From Bacteroidia bacterium (GTDB lineage: Bacteria; Bacteroidota; Bacteroidia; AKYH767-A; OLB10): DNA of 64,000 nt. The position numbers and the translations under genes are program-made. Position 1 is the stretch's first letter. Every line of letters starts with the position of its first letter. Below the pieces are notes generated by a model, which was not told the DNA's origin, did not search any database, and worked only from the letters and a program-made list of their open reading frames with translations. The stretch covers positions 72,496-136,495 of the forward strand of contig JAEUTH010000021.1 in NCBI GenBank assembly GCA_016788165.1, written 5' to 3'. This document shows positions 19,339-28,346 of this stretch, in pieces.

Positions 19339-19806
19339 ATGGAAGATTTGTCGATAATTAAGGTTCTTTATGTTGATGACGAAGCGCATAATTTAAATGC
19401 GTTTAAAGCAAGTTTTAGGCGTGTATTTACTGTGTTTATTGCACTTTCGGCCGATGAAGCCAAGCAAATAATGTCCGAAAATGAGATACACGTTTTAATT
19501 ACCGATCAACGTATGCCTGGTACACCGGGTACTGAATTATTAGCCTATGCCGTAAAAGATAAGCCCGACCAGATACGGATTTTACTTACCGGTTTTAGCG
19601 ATATGGATGCCTTACAAGATGCCGTAAATCGCGGCCACATTTATCGCTACTTACAAAAACCCTGGGATGATGAAATTTTGCGTCAAACCATTATTGAAGC
19701 CTACCAGATTTATGCCTTAAAACTGGAACGCGAAGCATTAACTCAAAAGCTACAACAAAACAACGAGCAACTTGAATTTTATTTAAGACATAAATTATTG
19801 TCTTAG
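19339..19806 (+). CDS. Single-domain response regulator (receiver only), divergent from the operon above; its receiver is paralogous to that of the REC-kinase
   Basis: VLYVDDEAHNL...ITDQRMPGTPG...LLTGFSD...YLQKPWD aligns almost motif-for-motif with the receiver of the 12935..14026 protein. Confidence 0.85.
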   Translation: MEDLSIIKVLYVDDEAHNLNAFKASFRRVFTVFIALSADEAKQIMSENEIHVLITDQRMPGTPGTELLAYAVKDKPDQIRILLTGFSDMDALQDAVNRGHIYRYLQKPWDDEILRQTIIEAYQIYALKLEREALTQKLQQNNEQLEFYLRHKLLS

Positions 19807-19914
19807 TAAAATTTTAGGCTTAAATAGCCAATTATTGTGTGTAAATAAGCAAAACAGGTATTATCCTTTTTTGAAATAAAATTACTTTTGGCAGCTCAAA
19901 ATAAATAAGATTGT

Positions 19915-22131
19915 ATGCACACAACTGTTGATGACGCCAAAGCATTAGGCTTATTACCCGAAGAGTTCGATAAAATAACTGAAATTTTAGGCCGCAATCC
20001 TAATTTTACCGAGCTAAGCATTTATTCAGTAATGTGGAGCGAGCATTGCTCATATAAAAATTCAATTACCTGGCTAAAAACTTTACCCAAAGACGGGCCT
20101 CACATGTTAGCCAAAGCAGGCGAAGAGAATGCGGGCTTAGTTGCCATTGATGATGAAACCGGTTGCGCATTTAAAATTGAGTCACATAATCATCCTTCGG
20201 CTATCGAACCCTATCAAGGTGCTGCTACCGGTGTGGGTGGCATTAATCGCGATATATTTACAATGGGTGCACGACCCATTGCACAATTAAACTCACTGCG
20301 TTTTGGTAATATTAACTCCGACCGTACTAAATGGTTGGTTAAAGGTGTAGTTAAAGGAATTGGCGATTATGGCAATGCCTTTGGCATACCCACCGTTGGT
20401 GGCGAAGTTTACTTTGACGATTGCTATAACATCAACATCTTGGTAAATGCCATGAGTGCCGGTATTGTTAAGAAAAACAAAGTGGTTTCGGCCACATCTT
20501 ATGGCGTAGGTAACCCGGTATTTATTGTTGGTTCGGCAACAGGCAAAGACGGAATTCATGGTGCAGCTTTTGCCTCAAAAAATATTACCGAAGACTCGGC
20601 CGATGATTTGCCATCAGTACAGGTTGGCGACCCGTTTCAGGAAAAACTTTTAATGGAAGCATCGTTAGAATTAATTGATACCGGTGCCATCATTGGTATG
20701 CAGGATATGGGTGCAGCCGGCATCATTTGTTCGAATAGCGAGATGAGTGCAAAGGGCAAGCATGGTATGCGTATTGATTTAGACAAGGTACCCACGCGCC
20801 AAAAAAACATGAAAGATTGGGAGATTTTACTAAGCGAATCGCAAGAGCGTATGTTGGTAGTGGCCAAAAAAGGCATGGAAGAAACCGTTTATAAAGTTTT
20901 CGATAAATGGGATTTAAACTGTACACAGATTGGCGAAGTTACGGCTGATGGTTATCTTGAATATTTTATGAATGGTGTACAGGTAGCGTATGTACCGGCC
21001 CAATCGCTGGTATTAGGTGGTGGCGCACCGGTTTATACACGCACCTACACAGCCCCGGTTTATTTAAAAGATATTGAGGCTTACAATATTGATAATGTAA
21101 CCATACCTGAAGATTTAAAACAAGTAGCATTATTTTTAATCAATCATCCAAACATAGCCAGCAAACGATGGGTATATACGCAGTACGATAGCATGGTTGG
21201 TACCGTTAACAGAAGTACCAATACCTGTACCGATGCTGCCATTGTTAATTTAAAAGATTCGAAAAAAGCGTTGGCATTAACCGTTGACTGTAACTCACGT
21301 TATGTATTTGCGAATCCCGAAACGGGTTGTGCAATTGCCGTTGCCGAAGCAGCCCGTAATATAACCTGCAGTGGTGGCCAACCCAGTGCTATTACCAATT
21401 GCTTAAACTTTGGTAACCCCTACGACCCCGAAGCTTATTGGCAATTTGTACATGCAATTAAAGGAATGGGTAAAGCTTGTTTAAAGTTTAATACACCCGT
21501 TACCGGTGGTAATGTTAGTTTTTACAATCAAAGCGAAGTCGAAAACCATACCGTACCGGTTTTTCCTACGCCAACCATTGGCATGTTGGGAATTTTAGCT
21601 GATAAAAACCGCACAATGACCTATAATTTTAAGCAAGCAGGTCATCATATTTATTTGCTAGGTTCTTCACAAAATTGTATCAGCTCATCGCAATATCTGG
21701 CACATTTTCATCAAATAAAATTTTCGCCTGCCCCTTATTTTAGTTTAGATGAAGAGTATGACTTACATCAACTAATTAAGCAACTTATAAATGCCGATTT
21801 AATTCAATCGGCACACGATTGCTCAGAAGGTGGTTTGTGGGTTGCCTTAGCCGAATCGGGCTTTAATAATCAATTAGGATTTAACATTATTACTGATGCA
21901 GATATCCGTAAAGATGCATTTTTGTTTGGCGAAGCACAGGGTAGGGTAGTAGTTTCGATAAGCCCTGAACAATTTGATTTGTTTATAGAAACAGTTGTTG
22001 CAAGTGGCATTGATTTTAGCCACTTAGGTGACGTTACAACAGGCGAAATTAAAATTGATGGCAACTATTGGACTTCAATTGTTGATTTACAAAACCAATA
22101 CGATACAGCCATTGAAAAAGCCTTGTTGTAA
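19915..22131 (+). CDS. purL: Phosphoribosylformylglycinamidine synthase subunit PurL
   Basis: LSIYSVMWSEHCSYKNS, ESHNHPSAIEPYQGAATGVGGI.RD and duplicated AIRS-like domains; 738 aa. Confidence 0.95.
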   Translation: MHTTVDDAKALGLLPEEFDKITEILGRNPNFTELSIYSVMWSEHCSYKNSITWLKTLPKDGPHMLAKAGEENAGLVAIDDETGCAFKIESHNHPSAIEPYQGAATGVGGINRDIFTMGARPIAQLNSLRFGNINSDRTKWLVKGVVKGIGDYGNAFGIPTVGGEVYFDDCYNINILVNAMSAGIVKKNKVVSATSYGVGNPVFIVGSATGKDGIHGAAFASKNITEDSADDLPSVQVGDPFQEKLLMEASLELIDTGAIIGMQDMGAAGIICSNSEMSAKGKHGMRIDLDKVPTRQKNMKDWEILLSESQERMLVVAKKGMEETVYKVFDKWDLNCTQIGEVTADGYLEYFMNGVQVAYVPAQSLVLGGGAPVYTRTYTAPVYLKDIEAYNIDNVTIPEDLKQVALFLINHPNIASKRWVYTQYDSMVGTVNRSTNTCTDAAIVNLKDSKKALALTVDCNSRYVFANPETGCAIAVAEAARNITCSGGQPSAITNCLNFGNPYDPEAYWQFVHAIKGMGKACLKFNTPVTGGNVSFYNQSEVENHTVPVFPTPTIGMLGILADKNRTMTYNFKQAGHHIYLLGSSQNCISSSQYLAHFHQIKFSPAPYFSLDEEYDLHQLIKQLINADLIQSAHDCSEGGLWVALAESGFNNQLGFNIITDADIRKDAFLFGEAQGRVVVSISPEQFDLFIETVVASGIDFSHLGDVTTGEIKIDGNYWTSIVDLQNQYDTAIEKALL

Positions 22132-22139
22132 GTACAAAG

Positions 22140-23051
22140 ATGTTAAAGGCCATAGTAAAACCATTTTATAAAACAGCACACGATTTATTGTATGCAACTG
22201 CATACTACAATCCGCTTTTTAAAAAACAACATCATAATAAAAAAGTGACAAAAGGTTTTATTGGTGATGAACATTTACAAAATCCGATTTTGGATGATGA
22301 ACTGTTTAAAGAATTGCAAGAGCAAAAAATTGCAACTTCAACTTATCAAATTTCTGTTGATGGATATAATGCCTATATGAAGCAAGCCGGTTATCCGGTG
22401 ACCTATTACGGAGGCGGAAAAGACTTAAAGCAAAATTTTATTCAAAAAACTTTAGAGCACTATGTATCACAAACATTATTTACACTTACTGTAAATGATG
22501 TTTTTTTAGATGTTGCAGCTTGCAATTCGCCATTTTCGCAAATTATACAAAACCAAACCGGAGCTAAAGTATATCAGCAGGATTTAATTTATAAACCCGG
22601 CATAAACGGCAAGTACATTGGTGGTTATGGCCATCAAACCAACCTGCCGGCAAATAGCATTAAGGCTATTACCCTGCACTGTTCGTTAGAACATTTTGAG
22701 CACGATACCGACATTCAGTTTTTTAAAGAGGTAAACCGGATTTTAATACTGGGTGGCAAAGCCATTATACTTCCATTTTATTTTGCACATACTTACACCA
22801 TACACATTGACCCAGCATTTAATTTGTTACGAAACCACCACCCAATAATTGATAACGAGGCCGATTTGCGCTATTGTAACTGGTATCAATTTCATAGCAG
22901 GCATTATGATATTAATCAATTACAAAAACGAATTGTAGCAAGCTTACCTCAATGCAAAGTAAAACTACATCGCGTTAGCAATTTTACAGCAATACAACCC
23001 GCTGGTTATTTACGATGGATACTAGAAATAACAAAGGAAGCAACTAATTAA
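22140..23051 (+). CDS. Hypothetical protein with degenerate class I SAM-methyltransferase-like motifs; co-transcribed between purL and mtgA
   Basis: VFLDVAACNSPF (motif I-like) and ITLHCSLEHFEHD...VNRILILGGKAIIL (motif II/III-like). 8-nt gap after purL, 1-nt gap before mtgA. Confidence 0.5.
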   Translation: MLKAIVKPFYKTAHDLLYATAYYNPLFKKQHHNKKVTKGFIGDEHLQNPILDDELFKELQEQKIATSTYQISVDGYNAYMKQAGYPVTYYGGGKDLKQNFIQKTLEHYVSQTLFTLTVNDVFLDVAACNSPFSQIIQNQTGAKVYQQDLIYKPGINGKYIGGYGHQTNLPANSIKAITLHCSLEHFEHDTDIQFFKEVNRILILGGKAIILPFYFAHTYTIHIDPAFNLLRNHHPIIDNEADLRYCNWYQFHSRHYDINQLQKRIVASLPQCKVKLHRVSNFTAIQPAGYLRWILEITKEATN

Positions 23052-23052
23052 A

Positions 23053-23751
23053 ATGCTTAAAATACTTGTACTTTTTTTATGGAAATGGATTAAGCGTTTG
23101 GCTTTGTTTTTTATTATAAGCACTGTAGTTGCGGTAATACTTTATAAGTGGATACCCATACCCTACACGCCATTAATGATAATCAGATGCTTTGAGCAAA
23201 AAGCAGCGGGTAAACCAATTAAACTTGAAAAAGACTGGGTTCCACTTTCGCAAATATCAGCACGGTTGCCCGAAGCCGTAATAGCCAGCGAAGACCAAAA
23301 ATTTGAAGAACACTTTGGCTTTGATATCGAAGCAATTGAAAAAGCGCAACAATACAATGCACGCATGAAAGGCAAACGTGTAAGAGGTGCCAGTACGATA
23401 ACACAACAAACAGCAAAAAATGTTTTTCTAACGCAATCGCGCACCTATTGGCGTAAAGCACTGGAGGTTTACTTCTCGTTTTTAATTGAAGTATGCTGGA
23501 GCAAAGAGCGCATTATGGAAGTATATTTAAATGTGATTGAAATGGGTGATGGTATATATGGTGCCGAAGCGGCTGCACAGGCATATTTTAATAAAAGTGC
23601 ATTAAAGCTTACTGCTAAAGAAGCATCGTTAATAGCAGCCTGCTTACCCAATCCCCGCATTTATATTGCAAATAAACCATCGAGATATATTGAACGTAAA
23701 TCGGTTTGGATAATGCGTGCTATGCGCAGATTAGATTACAAAAATTTTTAA
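23053..23751 (+). CDS. mtgA: Monofunctional biosynthetic peptidoglycan transglycosylase (GT51)
   Basis: N-terminal TM anchor; GT51 motifs ASEDQKFEEHFGFD, RGASTITQQ, EVYLN.IE.G.GIYG. Confidence 0.9.
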   Translation: MLKILVLFLWKWIKRLALFFIISTVVAVILYKWIPIPYTPLMIIRCFEQKAAGKPIKLEKDWVPLSQISARLPEAVIASEDQKFEEHFGFDIEAIEKAQQYNARMKGKRVRGASTITQQTAKNVFLTQSRTYWRKALEVYFSFLIEVCWSKERIMEVYLNVIEMGDGIYGAEAAAQAYFNKSALKLTAKEASLIAACLPNPRIYIANKPSRYIERKSVWIMRAMRRLDYKNF

Positions 23752-23795
23752 TTTAAATAAATTGCATTCGTTTTAAATTATTAAATACAATATAA

Positions 23796-24446
23796 ATGAG
23801 TCATATAGTTGCACCCAGCATTCTTTCGGCCGATTTTGGTAACCTCCAGGCCGATTGCGAATTTGTTAATGCCTCAGCGGCCGATTGGTTTCATGTAGAT
23901 ATTATGGATGGTGTTTTTGTTCCCAATATATCGTTTGGTTTTCCGGTATTAAAAGCCATACAAAAGCATGCAACCAAACCGTTAGATGTGCACTTAATGA
24001 TTGTTGAGCCTGATAAATTTGTGCAACAGTTTGCCCAACATGGTGCATCGGTTATAACTGTGCATTATGAAGCATGCCAGCATTTGCATAGAAGCATTCA
24101 ATTAATCAGAAGTACGGGAGCAAAACCGGGAGTTGCACTAAACCCGCATACACCTGTACATCTATTAACAGATATAATTACGGATGTTGATTTGGTTTGT
24201 TTAATGAGTGTAAATCCGGGTTTTGGAGGTCAACAGTTTATTGAAAATACCTATCAAAAGGTTACGACACTTAAAGAAATGATAGTTCGTAAAAGTAGCG
24301 CAGCACTTATTGAAATAGATGGTGGCGTTACACTTGACAATTACCAGAAACTGCTTCAATGCGGTGCCGATGTGTTAGTTGCAGGCAACACGGTGTTTAA
24401 TGCAGCTAATAGGTTTGAGATGGTAAAAACACTGAAACAAAATTAA
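23796..24446 (+). CDS. rpe: Ribulose-phosphate 3-epimerase
   Basis: APSILSADF..L......ADW.H.DIMDG.FVPN.SFG, LDVHLM, SVNPGFGGQ.F motifs. Confidence 0.95.
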   Translation: MSHIVAPSILSADFGNLQADCEFVNASAADWFHVDIMDGVFVPNISFGFPVLKAIQKHATKPLDVHLMIVEPDKFVQQFAQHGASVITVHYEACQHLHRSIQLIRSTGAKPGVALNPHTPVHLLTDIITDVDLVCLMSVNPGFGGQQFIENTYQKVTTLKEMIVRKSSAALIEIDGGVTLDNYQKLLQCGADVLVAGNTVFNAANRFEMVKTLKQN

Positions 24447-25648
24447 GTCGCATAATCTTGCAAGTATTGATAACGCTTGGTTAGCTTGCCATTTTTAGTT
24501 ATCGAAGCTCTTAGTATCAAATCATTATTAGGCTCATTAATCAATAAGGGCAATACTTTTTCAATTAACTCCTGTCCAAAGTTTTCGCTTGCATCGCGTG
24601 GCAATGAGCATGGTAAATTATCAACTGCCATGGTAGTGATAGTATGCTCATGCAGGCCGTTTTCGGCTAATTTAGTTTGCGGATTGTAATCCATGTATGG
24701 GTTTTCGATGGTGGTTGCTCTTGTGGTTGATGGTATGCTGCCATCAATATCGCAAGTTATATCACCAATAACTTTAATTTTAAATTTTGGGTCGGCCATT
24801 TCGTCTAAACTAAACAGCTTTGGTGCTTTCGGATTCCAGTAAGCGCAATGCAACAGCACATCACATTTTTCGGTAAACTTTCTGAAAGCTGAAGCATATT
24901 GCTCGGCATGATTGTGAAAGTGTTCGTTTACCCATCCGGTTTTGTTGGGATGATAATGGTAATCGCTGCTATGCAATTGGGCATAAACCGGCTCGTTAAA
25001 CGGAAACATTAAAAACTCATAAGGTGTAACGCGTCTTATTTTCATGGTGCCCATTATTTCAATAGCACCGTTGGCAACGCGGCCGCCACCAGTTATAAGT
25101 ATTTTAAGGTTGGGTAGTTTGGCCTTTTTAAGCTCACGTTCTAATTCAGCTTTATGTTCGCAATCTTGAGCAGGTTTAATTTTAAATTTTTTATATTTCA
25201 AACCATAAGCCCTAATGGTGTTGTATGCGCCAACCAAACCGGCATATCTGCCAAAACCAATAATGCGGTTTTCTTTATCATCAACTAAACATTCATAATC
25301 TATCATTTGAATTTTTTGTGCTATAAATGCCAACATCAGTTTTTTATTATGCTGTTGTTTTTTAATGGTATGCGAAAAAAATAAATATTGTTTTCCTTCA
25401 ATTAATTCAGCAACCGGTACTTCTTTAATGCCTAAAAAAATATCGCCATCGGCAATAGCATCTGTAACTTTTATACCGGCAACTTCATACTCAACATCGG
25501 GTATGGAACGCCACGGACTTGGTTGAACAAGCACTTCAATTTGCGGATACATTTTTTGCAAACTCACTATTTGCATAGGTGCCAAGGGTACGCGTTTATC
25601 ATGTGGTATTTTACCCTCGCGTATTACAATAATTTTGAGCTTTTTCAT
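24443..25648 (-). CDS. Alanine dehydrogenase/PNT-domain NAD(P)-dependent oxidoreductase (saccharopine dehydrogenase-like)
   Basis: AlaDh/PNT N- and C-domain architecture; NAD-binding ILITGGGRVANGA. Overlaps the rpe stop by 4 nt (convergent). Confidence 0.7.
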   Translation of the reverse strand: MKKLKIIVIREGKIPHDKRVPLAPMQIVSLQKMYPQIEVLVQPSPWRSIPDVEYEVAGIKVTDAIADGDIFLGIKEVPVAELIEGKQYLFFSHTIKKQQHNKKLMLAFIAQKIQMIDYECLVDDKENRIIGFGRYAGLVGAYNTIRAYGLKYKKFKIKPAQDCEHKAELERELKKAKLPNLKILITGGGRVANGAIEIMGTMKIRRVTPYEFLMFPFNEPVYAQLHSSDYHYHPNKTGWVNEHFHNHAEQYASAFRKFTEKCDVLLHCAYWNPKAPKLFSLDEMADPKFKIKVIGDITCDIDGSIPSTTRATTIENPYMDYNPQTKLAENGLHEHTITTMAVDNLPCSLPRDASENFGQELIEKVLPLLINEPNNDLILRASITKNGKLTKRYQYLQDYAT

Positions 25649-25674
25649 TTCCTTAATAATCTAGTATCAGTTTG

Positions 25675-26919
25675 CTAATTAATAAACAACAAACTGCAAT
25701 GTTTTTTAGTGTCAAATATTTCATGCGCAACGTTTAATAGTTGTGCGCTGGTTATAGCTTCAATTTTTTCTTGCAATTGTTTTAAGGTATCAACCTTACC
25801 GTGATTAAGCATGCTGCGGCCAAGCCCAATCATTACCGAAGCTTTGTTTTCTTGCGCCAATGCAATTTGTCCTAAAAGTTGTTGCTTGTATTGTTTTAAC
25901 TGTTGTTTTGATATGGCCTGCTGGCATAATTTGTCTAATTCAATATGGGCTAATTTTATGGTTTTATCGAGCAGTTTTTTATCGGTAGCCAGATATAAAC
26001 TAAAAATACCGGTATCGCTATACGCATTATAATTCGACTCAATATTATAAGTGTAACCGTACTTTTCGCGTATTGATAAATTAAGCCGCGAATTCATACC
26101 CGGGCCTCCTAAAATATTGTTTAGTAATACCAACTCTATTCGTTGTTTATCTTTAAACGAATAGGCTTTACCACCTAAAATAAAATGAGCTTGCTCTGTA
26201 GCTTTTTTAACTATTACCTGCGTTGGCTTGTATTTAGTAAAAGCATTTCGTTTTACAGTTGTTGTTGTTGCTTTTATGGTATGCAAATGTTTTTCGATGG
26301 TAGCAACCACTGTTTCGAACTGATAGTTTCCAACTACACTTATTACCATTTTATCAGTAGTGTAATTTTGTTTCGTAAAATGGCTGATATCTTTTTGAGT
26401 AAACGCAGATACACTTTCAATAGTGCCCAGCACATGACTGCCTAATGGATGTTTGGCAAACACCTGACTTTCGAAATCATCAAAAATCTGTTCAGCCGGT
26501 GTATCTAAATAAGTTCGTATCTCATCTATTACTACTTCTTGTTCCTTAATAATTTCTTTAGGCGGAAAAACAGCATTAAAAACAATGTCAATCATCAATT
26601 CCATGGCCCTTTCGAAATAGGGTGTAAGATAGGAAGCGTGAATACAGGTTTCTTCCTTGGTAGTATATGCGTTTAACTCGCCACCAACCACTTCCAGTCG
26701 GTTTAGTATATGTATGCTTTTTCGCTTTTTAGTTCCTTTAAAAAGTACATGCTCAATAAAGTGAGCTAAACCTTCTTTGTCAGTGTTTTCATCACGGGTA
26801 CCGGCATTTACTAAAATAGCACTATGGCCTACAAATGAATCGTTGAATTGAAAAATAAGTTTAATACCATTTTTAAAAGTATGCGTTTGATAGGCGGTTT
26901 CGGTTAACATAGCCTGCAA
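25675..26919 (-). CDS. M16-family zinc peptidase (insulinase/pitrilysin-like)
   Basis: Inverted zinc motif GLAHFIEHVLFKGT (HxxEH), downstream Glu (ELNAYT), inactive-looking C-terminal half. Confidence 0.9.
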   Translation of the reverse strand: MQAMLTETAYQTHTFKNGIKLIFQFNDSFVGHSAILVNAGTRDENTDKEGLAHFIEHVLFKGTKKRKSIHILNRLEVVGGELNAYTTKEETCIHASYLTPYFERAMELMIDIVFNAVFPPKEIIKEQEVVIDEIRTYLDTPAEQIFDDFESQVFAKHPLGSHVLGTIESVSAFTQKDISHFTKQNYTTDKMVISVVGNYQFETVVATIEKHLHTIKATTTTVKRNAFTKYKPTQVIVKKATEQAHFILGGKAYSFKDKQRIELVLLNNILGGPGMNSRLNLSIREKYGYTYNIESNYNAYSDTGIFSLYLATDKKLLDKTIKLAHIELDKLCQQAISKQQLKQYKQQLLGQIALAQENKASVMIGLGRSMLNHGKVDTLKQLQEKIEAITSAQLLNVAHEIFDTKKHCSLLFIN

Positions 26920-27130
26920 GATTTGTTTTTTAAAATATATAAAACAAGTTTGAAATGATTAGCACGCAATTTTTAGTAAAAATTTGTTGCTATAAATTAT
27001 TAAAAGCTTGTTGCACACGGTTTATTATAATGGCCTTTAAAAGGAGCAGAAGCACAGTTTGTTGCTAGTTTTTAAAATAAGAGGTAAGAAATTAATTAGT
27101 TAAATCCATTTTTCAAATTTCATTTGCAAT

Positions 27131-28330
27131 ATGATTAGTAACAGGCAATTGTTTTTAAATCACTTGGCACCAACAAGCCCTGCGCCTATGATACTTGAAA
27201 TTGAAGCAGCCCAAGGTTGTTTTATGATTGACGTTAACGGCAAAAAGTATATAGACTTTATTTCGGGTATTGCAGTAAGCGGTGTAGGGCACAGGCATCC
27301 AAAAATTGTTGATGCAATTAAGCGGCAAACTGATAAATATTTGCATTTAATGGTTTATGGCGAGTATGTTCAAAGCCCACAAGTAGCTTATGCACATGTA
27401 TTGGCGCAACACTTACCACCCAATTTGCAGTCGTGTTATTTTGTCAACTCAGGCAGCGAAGCCATTGAAGGAGCATTAAAATTAGCTAAAAGGGTTACAG
27501 GCCGCAGTCAAATAATAGCATTTAATGGCGCATATCATGGTAGTACACATGGTGCACTGAGCCTTATGAGCGATACATATTTTACTTCGGCATTCAGGCC
27601 GCTACTACCTGATATTACTTTTATTGATTGGAATAATTTAAATCAACTGAAGTTAATTACATCAAAAACTGCATGCGTTGTAACCGAGGTAGTGCGTGCC
27701 GAAAGTGGCGCCATTACACCTCAAAAAGGTTTTTTACAAGCCTTACAAGCACAATGCAATGCTGTGGGGGCTTTATTAATTTGTGATGAAATACAAACCG
27801 GTTTCGGACGTACTGGCCCGTTGTTTGGTTTTATGGATTACAACATCCAACCAGATATTATTTGCTTAGGTAAAGGTATGGCAGGAGGTATGCCATTGGG
27901 TGCGTTTATAGCTTCAAATGAAAGAATGAATTGTTTATCACATAACCCGGTATTAGGGCATATTACCACATTTGGTGGCCATCCTGTTAGTTGTGCTGCA
28001 GCAATAGCTAACCTGGAAGTGATAAAAAGTTTAGATACAGAGAAAACCATTCCGGAAAAAGAAAAAATTATCAGAACCCATTTAAAACATAAGGCAATAC
28101 AATCAATTTCAGGCAAAGGATTAATGCTGGCTGTTAGCTTTAAAGATGAAACATTTAATAAATCAGTAATAAAATATTGTATCGAAAATGGAGTAGTAGT
28201 AGATTGGTTTTTATTTGCTGATAATAAATTACGAATAGCACCGCCATTAATAATTGAAAATGATTTATTGGAAAAAGCTTGTTTTACAATATTAGATGGA
28301 ATTGAATATACTTATAGAAAACTTAATTAA
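27131..28330 (+). CDS. Class III (acetylornithine/ornithine-type) PLP-dependent aminotransferase
   Basis: DFISGIAVSGVGHRHP, NSGSEA.E.A.KLA, DEIQTGFGRTG, PLP-lysine context LGKGMAGGMPLGA. Confidence 0.9.
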   Translation: MISNRQLFLNHLAPTSPAPMILEIEAAQGCFMIDVNGKKYIDFISGIAVSGVGHRHPKIVDAIKRQTDKYLHLMVYGEYVQSPQVAYAHVLAQHLPPNLQSCYFVNSGSEAIEGALKLAKRVTGRSQIIAFNGAYHGSTHGALSLMSDTYFTSAFRPLLPDITFIDWNNLNQLKLITSKTACVVTEVVRAESGAITPQKGFLQALQAQCNAVGALLICDEIQTGFGRTGPLFGFMDYNIQPDIICLGKGMAGGMPLGAFIASNERMNCLSHNPVLGHITTFGGHPVSCAAAIANLEVIKSLDTEKTIPEKEKIIRTHLKHKAIQSISGKGLMLAVSFKDETFNKSVIKYCIENGVVVDWFLFADNKLRIAPPLIIENDLLEKACFTILDGIEYTYRKLN

Positions 28331-28346
28331 CTTAAAACCTAAAACA

